Part shown: one piece after another, positions 23,286 through 36,390 of the stretch
How positions within the stretch are numbered: the first letter of the stretch is position 1
How the letters are laid out: each line of letters starts with the position of its first letter
NCBI RefSeq assembly: GCF_963676685.1
Contig: NC_092354.1
Span: 37,882,001-37,946,000, forward strand
Length of the DNA stretch: 64,000 bases
From: Mytilus edulis
Lineage: Eukaryota
Direction of reading: 5' to 3'
Position numbers and translations under genes: made by a program
Notes under the pieces: generated by a model
Told to the model about the DNA's origin: nothing
What the model saw: the letters and a program-made list of their open reading frames with translations, nothing else
The model's database searches: none

Positions 23286-24329
23286 TATATATTTTAATGG
23301 ATGTCTCAACATTTGTGAACTCATATTTGAAATAGATGCATTATATTTACATATACTTTTGAGTGATACCTTTATATTTAAAAAGCCTATTGTGACAGAA
23401 GCTACCAGCCAAGGGATATAACATCAAGAATGAAAGAAAATTTGAAGGTTCAATGAACTTAATCATAGGGACCAATCCAAAAGCAGTTGGAAGTTTTATA
23501 CATTGAGAGTTTGGGAACCTGGACAAAATAAAATTCTTGATAATACAAATAATGCCTCATTGGATGACCTTCAAGTCGAAGTTAAAAACAACGCATGCAA
23601 GATTAAGTCAAAGAACAATTCACAATCAAACATAATGTTAATCTACAAATCTTGTTATCTTTTAGTTCAGTTTAGCTTTGATCGGGCATTTTAACAAATT
23701 GTACTCCTTTAATATGTTGCATGGTTGATCATGGTTTCCCAAATTTAACATTTGACCCGAAGGAATGCATCCCTGGCCAGTCTGCAAAATGTCGACGTTA
23801 TTTTTGTATAGTCAATAGTCAATAAAGATTGGATTGTTTATAAGCAAGTAAGGTGGTATAAACGTGAAAAATTATTTCAAAGGAAGTTTCAACAGACTGA
23901 CCACATCATGTTGACAGCGAAACGTGTAAATAACCACATTGTTTAAGTAAACATGTCAAACATGCAGCTTTCTCTTCAGACTACATTCATAATCGTGAAT
24001 GAAATAGATATGCAAGATCCTCGGCAGAATGCTAAAACAATTTAAAACTAACGTACCTCAAAATATAAGCAACCCACAGCTATATTAACGTGTTGTTGTC
24101 GAACTGAAGACACTGACTTCTATCATAACAAGGTGCCCGATCAGTGGTGACAAGCTGTTGGTGACAAGCTCAAATCTGACGTCGACGAAACGTTCTAGCC
24201 AATCACGTGTCGAATAGTTGGGAAAATGACGTCAAATTTTGATTGCGATGCAAACACCGAAAATCATTGCTATTTTTTTTTAAACTGCATTAACCTGCCT
24301 GCGCAGGTCATGTGGTCAATGTAAGTGTG

Positions 24330-24740
24330 TAAACATGAGAATTGTGCTTGTTGTGGATAGCATTTTAGTAAAGACAGAAAGGGTTATGAAAAAACAAATA
24401 TTCATACAAACCATAAAACATTTGGAAGTGTTGCAAATACAATAGAGGGACTTTACGGGGTCAGTGTAACTCCGTCTAAAGATGTTTATATATGCAACAA
24501 CTGCACCTGTCTGATAACAACGGCAAACAAAAAAGCTAAACAATTAGGGGAGACAGAAAGCAGACTAAGAAAGGTGAAATTAGCAGGGGGATATTTGAGC
24601 AAAAAAATACCAGCCACACTTTTTCATTCAACTTTCTCTAAGAGGAGTAGGACTGTGAAATCCACCCCATCCCCCAGAAACAGAAAGAAATCACTGAACT
24701 GACATGTAAACCAACAGCTCTTCCTTCAAAAATAGTAAGT
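24330..24740 (+). pseudogene. Zinc-binding (ZAD-like, CxxC..CxxC) N-terminal exon remnant, probably of the adjacent transposase
   Basis: HENCACCG*HFSKDRKGYEK..GVSVTPSKDVYICNNC, followed by a GTAAGT donor at ~24735. Confidence 0.45.
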
Positions 24741-25124
24741 ATATTTGTTTTATTACTTTATTTCTTTCTTAAATAGAAACCACACGTTTTTAAATATATC
24801 CATCAACTATGGAAAAGGTTTGTTTTTTTGTTGTTTTTTGCTTTATACAGTATTTGAGATATGATCATAATGACTTCACCACCAAAATTTATTTTTCATG
24901 ATCCATGAAATGGGGTCAGGGTCAAGTGTTTAAGAGTAATCACTCTTGGAAGTCCTAATGCCATGCAACCTCTTCTTTTCTGGTGTCAATTTTTGCCACA
25001 GTAACTGGTGAAATTTGATGACATTGGCATATTTATTGAAAACTGTACAATAAACAGTCAATTAAACAGATGTGGTATGATTGCTTTTGCTAATGAAACA
25101 ACTCTTGTTGTGCTGCCCAAACCA

Positions 25125-25590
25125 ATAGAAATAAATAAGAGTGACATGAAAAGACTGCGTAAACGATTAATTAATATCAAAAAGTTACCTGGTGCAGAAA
25201 ATGCACCCGTCGTATGTCTTCAAGGAGACGGCGCATACAATAACCCACTGTATGCTGGTGCTGGTCGTACACCATTCCAGCATGCAACCCAAGTGGTATA
25301 TACTGTTGTTGCAAAAAATAAACTGTGCTCCCAGTTAATACAAACAGAGGATAATTTGAAGTGTACAGAAAACTAATAAGAATCGGCGATGAATATTCTT
25401 GGGCCAAGGAGGCCCTGGCGGATTTAAATGCAGATGAAATTGAAGCAAAACATTTTTCAACTGACCCCGACAGCTCTGCATTTAAAGCTGCGGATGATTT
25501 ATATCAAGAAAACACAACACAAACTAAGCCGGAACATAATTTGGACACCCGACATTTGGCAGATAATCACAGGAAAAAACAAAGAAAAAT
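25125..25590 (+). pseudogene. Kolobok-type (Mutator-like Pfam family) DDE transposase fragment
   Basis: GDGAYNNPLYAGAGRTPFQHATQ..KNKLC..CTEN, then after a frameshift IGDEYSWA..STDPDSSAF..LDTRHL. Contains the first two catalytic Asp motifs. Confidence 0.7.
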
Positions 25591-26001
25591 CCCCAAATTC
25601 TCCATTTACATTTTTTCTTTTAGATTTATCTTAATTTACAGAGGCAAGGGATCTTCTCACTTGGCTTTACGCGAGGCCATACAATTTGCAGATATTACCC
25701 ACATTAAGATGAATATGTCCATAAAAAAAGACATAGAAGTGTTGAGTATTCATGTTAGTAGTTTTTTTTACAGTTCTGGAGTTACCTAACAGTCGACATG
25801 TCTGCTGAAATAAAGTTTCGTCAACTGAGAGTTTACAGAAGTTAATAAACACTTGAAGATGTTGGTGTATATGTAAATATATTTTGTTACAAAAGTTCTG
25901 GAGGAACTGGGACTAACTATATCAATATAAAATTGCAAACCTTGTATGTGTATTTTATTTCCATCACAACCGTTAATGTGAATGCGCTAGTGTGTAAGTG
26001 A

Positions 26002-26103
26002 TAAAATTGAGAAAGGAAATTGGGAATGTGTCAAAGAGACAACAACCCGACCATAGAAAAACAACAGCAAAAGGTCACCAACAGGTCTTCAATGTAGCGA
26101 GAA
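26002..26103 (+). repeat. Dispersed repeat family C
   Basis: TAAAATTGAGAAAGGAAA..TGTGTCAAAGAGA..AAGGTCACCAA..GGTCTTCAATG. Inverted copy at 38385-38527. Confidence 0.7.
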
Positions 26104-26257
26104 GAGTAAAAAGAAGACAGCGAAACCTGGAAAGACCCTGATAACTACAAACAACAGGTTCACTACAAACAAGACTGCATTCGAAGGCCTTGATATATTT
26201 GCAGACCGGCAGGAAGACATTATTAGTTTCAAAAAAAGCTATCCGGTTAATACTCCA

Positions 26258-26700
26258 ATGCAACAGCAGGACGCTCAGCAGCCAGAGGTGAAACACTATG
26301 ATGGAAACAAGCACTCCACTTGTCCTATACAAACATGTGGAAAATCTACCAAGAAAACTGAAGCACCACTGCTGGGTGTACCATTGTCATATATTTTGAA
26401 GGACTTGCCACTGGACAAATTTGAGAAGGAGCCCAGTTTCCAGAAATTAAGGGGAGAAGCCATCCAAAAGTTGGCTTGGTGGATTGTTGGCCAACGGCCA
26501 ACAGTGTACGACTTGGTACGATATGTAAATTCCAATAAAATTCTGCTAAGAAACTGCACGATGATGCAGAGGTGCCAAGACCAGATGCGAAATGTTACAG
26601 CCGTGATGAACTGGTATCCACGATGTACCCAGTTAATTCGCCAGCAGTATTGATGCAGTGGCGCATCTTGATAACCAGCAAGGAGGGCAGAGTTCCGCAT
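26258..26700 (+). pseudogene. Frameshifted ORF with C2H2-like finger and PVNSPAVLMQWRIL motif
   Basis: CPIQTCGKSTKK/LKHHCWVYH across a frameshift, then LRGEAIQKLAWWIVG.., then in another frame PVNSPAVLMQWRIL. Confidence 0.5.
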
Positions 26701-27519
26701 AATTGGGTCTGATTTCGTCTTACCTCCACTTGCACGACAACAGCCTTCAGTGAAGAGGAAGGCTGAGACAGCTGTACAGGTACCAGTGGCAAAATCGTAC
26801 AAAAGCAGTCGTCCAACTGAGGGACGTAATCTAGTCGGTCAATCTCCCGTTTCTCCTGGATTAAAATCCTCAGGCCAAATATGTTCTTCGATCCCCTCTG
26901 AGATTATTTGTTTAACAAGCGTTGCGGTCAGTTTGATGCCTTTGTTCTCAAGGAGAAAATTCGCCTTTGATTTAACACAAGCGCGCTGTATGTCATTTAA
27001 CAGGTCGTGGGATGCAAGACGGTCCTTCTTATAGAATGGTTTTATTAGCTTCTTCAAGAGGTTCGGACAATCTGTCGAAGTCACTAATCAATCTGAAACA
27101 TAATCAAAATGTTGATACAAACCCTTGATCGTGTACTTTATAATACATTTGGTTTCAGTTGCGTTCATGTGTGTTGCGATTGCGTGTATTTTTTTCGTCT
27201 GCTTTCCATTTGACACAAGAAAATGTTTTGGACATCGTGAAAGGTCTCGGCTTTGATAGCAAAAACAGTTGTCCATGGCACGTGCTGGTTCGATTTAAGG
27301 AAAAATTTCTTTACACAGTTATATATTGATAATGTTCGGTAAACACACTTCATATATCACATACATGGCACATTCATATAGTAATAATTATGAATTCAGA
27401 TACACTACTATTACAAATGAATGTACCATGCATTGATATATGTAGCGTGTTTACCGAACATTTTCAATATGTAGGTGTGTATATCAAGTGTAGAAGATAC
27501 CGAACCAACAATGCCAGAA

Positions 27520-27965
27520 AGGAAATTCGAAATCACAATCCAGATGAAAATACCCGAACGAAACAAACTAAAAAGGAACAAGACTGGCAAACAAACAGAC
27601 AAAGACGAACTCCAACAAAAAACCTGGAGTGATATCAGGTTCTCCGAAAGGGTAAGCATATCATGCTTCGGATGCGACACCCGTCGTATTACCCAGTGGT
27701 CAAAGCCGGTAATAGGTCTAATTCGGTAAAATGTCAAATTTGGTAAGAGACCTAAAATCACACAAGGAATATGTCAATGATCGTTTGTGACGCAGTCACC
27801 TGATAACGATCGACCAGATCATGATGTCGACCGTAAAACTTTTTAAGCGATGATGTTAGTCGAGGTTGAATGTATCCTTGACTGGGCAGTTTATTTGTCA
27901 GTGTCCTTGCTCGCTCAATAAAGTCCCTGTAGTGGACACACGCTCTAGAATAGCGGATCAACTGA
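27520..27965 (-). mobile_element. Second Penelope-like (Naiad-type) fragment: RT C-terminus and 3' region
   Basis: IRYSRACVHYRDFIERARTLTNKL..QGY..RLTSSLKKFYGRHHDLVDRY aligns with the C-terminus of the 9053 ORF. Confidence 0.85.
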
Positions 27966-28369
27966 GTATAGGTAATAGTTAGATTTTATGTATAGCATTA
28001 TTATGTCCGCGCAATAGTCACATAACAGTTGTGTCTTATTTATTTAAAAGCTTAAACAAAATCAATGATGCCCAAGGTTTTTGAACCAGTGGTGGCTGCT
28101 TTTAACACTATGTTTCAATGCGTGAACGGCCTTCAGAAATCCGTCGATACCCTGATGACAGAGAGGTTGTATGATAATAGCAAACCATATAATCAACATC
28201 AGTGTTACAAATCCAGCAATACGGCACCGTCGATACAATCATAGTTTAAACAGGATTACAGAAAAAAAATACAGGGTTAGGACATTAACTTCTTTCCTTA
28301 TTCCTAGTTTCGAGAGTCCCCAGTCACATACCATTTTGGCAGACGGTATGGAGGAAATTAACGTGGATA

Positions 28370-28675
28370 ATAAGTCAGACCTACGCTTCAATCGACAACT
28401 AACGCCATGTGCACCATTTAGTTGTGTTGCTGTAGATGTTTTTGGAACATGGACCAAAGTAACCAGACGCACTAGAGGAGGTGCAGCAAATACTAAGAGA
28501 TAGGCAGTCTTATTTACATGCTTAGCATCTAGAGCAGTCCACATAGAGGTAATAAAAGAAATGAGTTTCTCTTCTTTTATCAACGCTATACGCCGATTTT
28601 ATGCACTTCTAGGCAAGTGCAAGAATTCCGTTCTGACAGAGGTTCGAACTTCGTTGGGTGTACCGATGCCCTGCA
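28370..28675 (+). pseudogene. BEL/Pao LTR retrotransposon integrase fragment
   Basis: APFSCVAVDVFGTWTKVTRRTRGGAANTKR*AVLFTCLASRAVHIEVIKEMSFSSFINAIRRF, then after a frameshift EFRSDRGSNFVG. Confidence 0.88.
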
Positions 28676-29004
28676 AAACTGTTACCACATATTCTTCTGA
28701 CGACATCGATATTTCATTTCTAAGTACTCCCTTTTCCGAATCCAATGATATATAATTTATTAGAATTTTTTTTACCAAGAGCATATATTCTGAAGGTGAT
28801 ATCTGCATAAAACTTTTTTTAAGGAGGGGGCAACATGTTCTGATCGATGATGGGAACCGGACAAATTAGTGGATAATCGACTTACTTTTTCTGTGAGCAG
28901 AAACATCAAACTAAAATCTGTCAAAATGTATGGCAGTCCGAGTGAATGGTTTATTCACTGTCTCTCTACGAACATAACGGGGATCTTATCCAGAATTGCA
29001 AAAT

Positions 29005-29312
29005 TAAGGCAACAGTAGTATACCGCTGTTCAAAATTCATAAATACATGGACAAAAAACAAAATCGGGGTAACAAACTAAAACCGAGGGAAACGCATTAA
29101 ATATAAGAGGAGAACAACGACACAACACCGAAACGGACCAAGCAACAGACTAAACACCACGAGAATAACAAATATAACATCAAAACCAAATATATGAATT
29201 AGGGATAGACAAGTACCGTGCCACGTCTTATCTCAAAAATAAGAGAAAACACAAACGACTCAACGTTAAAATGCAACACACACACAGAAACGAACAATAT
29301 TATAACAATGGC
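29005..29312 (-). mobile_element. Solo 3' portion of the Penelope-like element, inserted in another repeat
   Basis: Matches 7597-~7930 with internal deletions. Its flanks (28850-28975 and 29335-29400) are near-contiguous in a paralogous copy at 42185-42390. Confidence 0.8.
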
Positions 29313-30707
29313 CATCAACACGGGTTTTGTTCCAAACATCTGTTTTCCCAATTGTATTTGCAAGGAAAAGGTCTTTAAGACCAGAAACAAAGTACACTTA
29401 GGTCATTTTAAGGAGCTATCGAAAAAACAAAGCGCACTAAACTATTCAGCCGGGGTGAATTATTAAACCCTTTTCTCTGTAATGCTGTTAACATTTGAGG
29501 AGAGAATAAAAGAGCTCACACACATCTGGGACAATCTATCTGATAAAGAAAGACGTGCTGTGTCACTGAACATGGACTATGTTACAAACGTTCTTTTTAA
29601 ATGTCCGTCGGAGAGAAGACTGTCAGAAGAAGCTAGCGTTTTTGTAGCTGGATCCTTCATACAATGGTAGGGAAATACTTATTACTGTGGATGGATAGCT
29701 GATATGGATCATATAGCAGATGAACTGTGGTTGATTATGGCTGAAGATCCTTAAATTCCGCTAACTTTCCTCATACCGGCACTTCGTGACAGAGAGGGAT
29801 TTTATGGTGGAGAAGTCATCATCCAAACTATTGAAAGACGGTCATATGTTGCGACGAGGGACACAAAGTTCCGTCACAACAATATGGTGGAGGACCAAGG
29901 CATGTATAAAAAAATAGGATGAAAGTACTTCATAAGTTAACATAAGCAATATTTGAAATATAAATGCATGTGTTAAAGTCAATTGATAATGTTATATATT
30001 ATTAATCTATGATTTATGCACTGTGATATTTTATGATACGAAAGGAAAAGAATAACATTTCAATCCTTGTTCCTAACAGCAAATTGAGTTGTCTTATTTA
30101 TTTCATCAAAAAGGATAAGAAGGCGCGAGTCCCACTCTCGCCGTCAAACCAGTTCATAACAACGATATGTAGTCCCCAGAAGTAAAGACATATATCTACC
30201 TACAAGAACCGTAGGAGAACTGAGCAAATGAGAGAAGGGAAATACACACCCTCCCTGTAAACAACAAAAAACGTAAAATACCCGTCACAACAATATGGTG
30301 GACGCAGAAAAATAGTCTCAAATGGAGATTATTCCAAGTATACACATGATACTATATAATTAAAACAAAAACGATGCAATATTTGTAACAGATTGATGTA
30401 AGATAATTTCTTAAAGACTTTCATTTTTGTTTTACCTACAAATCTGAAAATACACCAACAGAACAGTAACAATCAACACAAACATAGAAATGTGGAATGA
30501 GGTATTTAGAGAGCATTATAATGTACCCCCACACTATAGTGGCATTCTTGAATGGGACTTGTCAATGGAAGACAGAGTGCGCAAAATGTACAAAATGTAC
30601 ATACAAATCTAAAATACTAACTGGAAGTTTTACGTTAAGGTAGCGGCAGTGTCACAATAAATCTAGAAAGTGATCAACTGAGAATGTGAACCTTTATGGA
30701 AAGATAA

Positions 30708-30955
30708 AAAGAAGATGTGGTATGATTGCCAATGAGACAACTATCAACAAAAGACCAAAATGACACAAGCATTAACAATTATAGGTCACCGTACGGCCTT
30801 CAACAATGAGCAAAGCCCATACCGCTATAAAAGGCCCCGATAAGACAATGTAAAACAATTCAAACGAGAAAACTAACGGCCTTATTAAAGTAAAAAAATG
30901 AACGAAAAACAAATATGTAACACATAAACAAACGACAACCACTGAATTACAGGCT
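30708..30955 (+). repeat. Dispersed repeat family B
   Basis: Homologous to 19595-19742 and 47010-47240. Confidence 0.75.
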
Positions 30956-33295
30956 GACCATTAGCCATTGCTAGATTCTAATCCAAAACCACAACATGTC
31001 GAAATTCTTTCTACGAAAAAGCTATGCAGAAGCTGTAAGATGAGTATCAGAAGAAAAGGATCAGGCGAAAAATGAGCAAAACTAAATACAGCTGTACATG
31101 TCAGCCCGAGTTGGACACTTGGTAATATGCAGGCACCAGCTGCAACTTTTGTAGTGGTAGGAATGAAGCTGTTCGAGGATCAGCATCTAACAGCTATAAA
31201 AGGGGCAACAGTTTTGTTGCTGACTGGTAATGACCAGAAGAAGGTCACATTGTTTAGACCCCAAATTAAGAAGTTATTTGAGTCAAGAGGATTAGACTCT
31301 AAAATTGAATGGGACAAAACCAAAATGCTTATTTAATTCATGGATGTTATTCCGATTGAGGTAGACTACAGTTTAAGGAACAACACAGTTTCCAAACTTG
31401 TGTGTAAGCGCACATGTCAGTAACTTTCATATTGTATTTTGTTACTTGAAGGGACACACCATTATAATGAATATTATTTCCTGGTTGTATTTTATCAATT
31501 AATTAATTAATATTTTGTTTAAAAGGTACAACAGTTAATTTTTCAATGCAATTTTACAATAATCCTAACTGTTTATTGATTATAAGAGAATTATTGCATC
31601 CATACAAAGTTGATTTATATTAACTTAAATTAAAATTATTTTAGTTAGTTTGGATGCAAAACTGAGAAATTATCATAGATGTTTTATAGTTGAGAATCAA
31701 GTTTTAATTATGAACCTAGAACTAAAATCCTAGTATAAAATTATATTCCAAATTATAAATATTTCTTTTCTTAAAATTGAATGTTAAAGATAAGTGATGC
31801 AATAAATTTCATTTTTCACTTGATTCCTATGAAACATCAAAGATTCTTTCTATGCTAGTGTCTGTGTTTCAAAAGTAAGCAGCTCATGTTTATCGCATAC
31901 GAGGTGCACAAAACTATCATCTCTATACCTTAAATGTGACTTTCCGGGGATGTGGGTGCGGAAACCCGCATTCATACAAAAAGTGCTATGCGTTTCTGGA
32001 ACAATTGTGGACGCACGAAACCAAGAACTTCAGCTCCACGGTTGTAAGGGTAAGTTGTGAATGTGAGAGAGGATGCGTTTCTGAGTGCTCCTGATAAAAA
32101 GATTATCTGTTATTGCCATTTCTTTACTCTACAGGTTTACTGCTGTGAAATCAGTGTTTTGTTCTTTTATTATGTCTATACTATTTAATGGCAATAAATA
32201 ATCAAGTGAAAATAATTCAGAAAATGAAAGTTTTTAATTGGATTAATCGGATGAAGTGTGCCAGACTTTTTACAAATATCCCCACAGGAGAACAGTGTAA
32301 CAATTTATGTAGTACGACATATGCTACAATATGTACAAAGAATATTGATTAGAGATCTTAACTCTATAAAAGTCTTTTTCAGTTTGGAAATATATACATA
32401 TATAGGAGAGTAAATTTACTTGATAAATTTAATAGTATCATTTTATATAGCTTTCAGTACTTTAATTTTTTTATGTTCACGATATAAGATTTTGCATGTG
32501 TAGATTTTAGTATCAGTAGTTCTAAAGAGTAATACATTGTAATTTATTGTTTATTGACCACTGCTAAAAGACATTAAGAATTCTAATATAAATACATTCT
32601 GTCTAATTTAGAATTTGTATTTGATAATTAAACGATCAGAGGTTTGGTGCATAAGTAAAATTTAGAATATTGAATAATAAGCTGAAAATTCAGTTAATTT
32701 GATTAAAGAGTTTAGTTTGATAATTTGGGATCACTAGAGAATAGCATTTGTCATATAAACATCTATTGCTGGAATTTGATATTATTGTGAATCTGTCTTA
32801 TATGAAATAAGTCGTATGCTTAATAAACAGTTATAATTAAATAATGGATTACCTGGATAAATATGAGAGTTAGCTATAGTGAACCAAGGCAGTACCCCCG
32901 TCTCATAGCTTCTTAGTAATGGTAGAAAAAACGTTGCTATACACAACTGTCAATAACTTAGTAACGTTGACATTATATGTAAGTACTGGTACAATAAATG
33001 TTCAAGGTCGCAACATTTATACCTGGATTGACACTTTTGTTGAAACATGTGAATCCCTTGAAAAATAAATCATTTCATCCCAACCAAGATCATGCACACC
33101 AGTTGAATTTTAAATAAGAAATGTTCAACAGTTCCCTTGAATTTTAACATCCCTTCAGTCATGGTCTATTGACTTTGAACTTTTTTCATATCTTACATGT
33201 TAAAGTTTCTGATCAGTCAGTTTAAGGGGAACCATTAATAGTTGGCCAATGATATTTTTGTGCAGCTGTATAAGCAATGGCTCATTTCCATAGAG

Positions 33296-33547
33296 ATTGA
33301 TTGATTGATTGTTGGTTGATTAACGTCCAGTGGCAAATATTTCATGCATATTCAGGACGAGAACAAGTTCACAAACAATACAATAGGTAGGCTGATACAA
33401 TAGAGGCCATCTAGGTCGGAGAAATTTGGACTGCCACCGGAAAAGGAGGGTATAAAGGATAGGGACAGAAATTTTGCCTTGCAACAGGCCACCTACGGAC
33501 CCCTCAGAGAGTTGTTGCAAGGGTTCTTAACGTGCAAAGAGCGTGGC
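33296..33547 (-). mobile_element. SINE family A, 5'-truncated
   Basis: 15-bp TSD CATTTCCATAGAGAT at 33283-33297 and 33548-33562. Confidence 0.9.
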
Positions 33548-34080
33548 CATTTCCATAGAGATAATTTGGTCCTGCCCCTTCAGTTATGGTATATTGACTT
33601 TTAATTCTTTCCATAGCTTAAATGTTAAAATTTCTGATAAGGTCAGTGTTTTGGGAGCCACCTATGGTAAGTCAATGGTATTTGGCATGTTATTATATAA
33701 GCGTCTGCAAATCTCATTTCTGTGGAGATTTTTTACCTAAACTAACCCCTCAGTCATGGTTTATTAACTTTGGAATTTTTTCATAGGATACTTATTGTTT
33801 ATTGTTAGGTTATTGTAAGTGGAAACCAATACTGTTAAGTCAATGATATTTGGTATGTAGTTGTCTTAGCATTGGAATATATATCGTTTCCACAAAGAAT
33901 AGTGCATAAATATTTTTTGCAAAACCACGAATCAAGTATCCATGAAAACACAATTTTTCTTCAAACCATGAAAATAAATGAATCCACAATATACTACTTA
34001 TTGTAGGGTCGCACCTAATAGGGATTATGATGATGAAGAGGAAGGTGATTCTATCGGAATTTTTTTTCATAGTAGTTTAA

Positions 34081-35035
34081 ATGAAGAAAATGGAGTTACT
34101 GAAAATATATCCTAAGAAATCGCCTGATACAAAAAGTGGAGATGACACCTTAGGAAACCTAGCTGCAAGGGAAGAAGAAACTTCTGGTTCCTCTTATAAA
34201 TTTGATGAATATCCTGTTTCAAGTGATGAAGAGACGGGGGATAAGCAAGATGCTGTCAGTAGGGATGACTTAATAACCTCCCTCAGCAGAAAAATAGTAG
34301 CCTACAAGTCTTTAGATGTATTTTTATTATTTACCTCCTTCATACAGAGTAAGAGAAGTTGATCCAAATTGTGTTAAAGCTTTGTCCCCAAGGGTGACTG
34401 GGGAATAGAAATATGGTCACTTGAACTTCTCCCGACCGGCAGTAAAACGCTTGCCGAAGTTGGGCGTCCGTTTGTTTGTGCGGGATGTATCAAGTTCGCA
34501 GTCACGTCCGGTCAGAAGGGGGACGTTAACTCCGATGCCTCGTGTAAAGAGAGTGCCACGCTCTTTGCACGTTAAGAACCCTTACGACAACTCTTTGAGG
34601 GGTCCGTAGTTGGCCTGTTGCCAGGCAAAATTTCTGTCCCTATCCAATATGCCCTCATGTTCCAGTCCAAATTTCCCCGACCATCCTACTTATTGTATGT
34701 ATTGTGAACTTGTTCTCGTCCTGAATATGGATGAAATATTTGCCACTGGACGTAAAGCAACCAACAATCAATCATGTTAAAGCTTTGACGGCAAAAATAA
34801 TAGAAAAGAATTCTGTTGCTGTTGAAGTGTCCAAAATATTGTAGGCTTTGTAGATGTTAATTTACAAAATTTTAGCATTGACAAATTATCAACATATAAA
34901 ATCCATGACATTGATGGCAACCATAGCATAAAGGCTCAAAAAGCAGCTTATAGAAAGACAAAAAACCCAACATTTAGATTTAAAGGCGTAAATATACATT
35001 GTGACCTGAGTGAAGATGAGTTCTTGGTATAAGCC
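34081..35035 (+). pseudogene. Decayed ORF with ParB/Sulfiredoxin-like domain, interrupted by a SINE
   Basis: After removing the SINE: PSYRVREVDPNCVKALTAKIIE../NIVGFVD..YKIHDIDGNHSIKAQKAAY..FKGVNIHCDLSEDEFL. Frameshifts present. Confidence 0.55.
34385..34774 (+). mobile_element. SINE family A, full length with small internal deletions
   Basis: 13-bp TSD TGTTAAAGCTTTG at 34372-34384 and 34775-34787. Confidence 0.9.
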
Positions 35036-36039
35036 GAAATGAGGACACCAGCTCATTTGTCAAATTTAGTGATTATCAGAAGGTGGATCTAATCAGGAGA
35101 AAATTGTATTCCATGACAAGGACTAGTCAAAAAGAGGAGCCTCCTAAAACCCCAAAAGGTTTTAAAAATATGTTTGCCTGTATGCTGAACTTGGAAGAGG
35201 TAATATTATTAGAGATTGATATTAATCAAAGTTGTTTGTCGTTTAACATGAATAAATAACATATGTGTGGGTAATACATTCATTTTGATGAAACCGATAT
35301 AATAAAGCACACACACACACAGTAAACAATTAAGATGTCTGGAGAAGGACAACCATGCAGTCTTGATATTATGCAATTAGCTAGTCTTTTATAGTTAACT
35401 TAATGCAGCACATTTAATTTTGTAACCATCAGGCTGAGATCCAATTATTGTATAGATAATAAATATTACCAGTAACTGTGAAACAGAAATTAATATGGAA
35501 AAAAAACGGCTTTATCTATCTTCTAAAAAGAAACTTTTAAGACAAATAAAAAGGTGCACACAACTTGATATGCATGTTTCAAGATATTTTCTGAAAAAAA
35601 GTTTAGGTTGAATTGGACAATTCGACCATACTGCTCATCAAGTTAACTATATTAATTATGACTGTGAGATGTATTGAATGAATTGTATATGGTTTTTTTT
35701 TTAGAAAAATGCAGTCGATGGAAAAAATATCATCAAGTTTCTTGCATGTCTTCCAAATAATTGCTATGGCTTATATAAAGACATCTGTTTAAAAAGACAC
35801 ATCTACCTGCATCCAAATTTACATGTTTAAGAGGATTAACGATTAGTGATGCATATGTGTGTTTACATAAATCGTCATTAACAGAATTAGAAAAAAAAGA
35901 CTGCTAATATTTCACAAGTAGTTGTTTAAAAAGACAGAAGAAAATAAGAAAGGTATGCAGTTATAAACATTTTTGAAAGAATTTCTAAAGGAAAAAAAAT
36001 GCTAAAAGTGTCTGTTAAAATATACAATCTTTTTGCATC

Positions 36040-36390
36040 CCTGTCTACTGTGTTTGTTTACTGATCTGTAGGTGTCCCGGTTTCTATTTCATCCCTGACT
36101 ACGGTGTCGTTTCTGTTTCATCCCTGACTACGGTGTTTGTTTGCTAATCTGTAGGTGTCCCGGTTTATATTTCATCAGTGACCAAGGTGTTTGTTTGCTG
36201 ATCTTTAGGTGTCCCGGTTTCTGTTTCATCAGTGACTACTGTGTTTGTTTATCAGTAGGTGTCCCGGTTTCTGTTTCACCGTGACTACGGTGTCTGTTTG
36301 CTGATCTGTAGGTGTCCCGGTTACTATTTGCTGATCTGTAGGTATCCCGGTTTCATCCCAGACTAAGGTGTTTTCTTGCAAATCAGTAGG
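36040..36390. repeat. Minisatellite, ~50-55 bp unit
   Basis: TGACTACGGTGTTTGTTTGCTGATCTGTAGGTGTCCCGGTTTCTGTTTCATC repeated about 6 times with indels. Confidence 0.85.
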
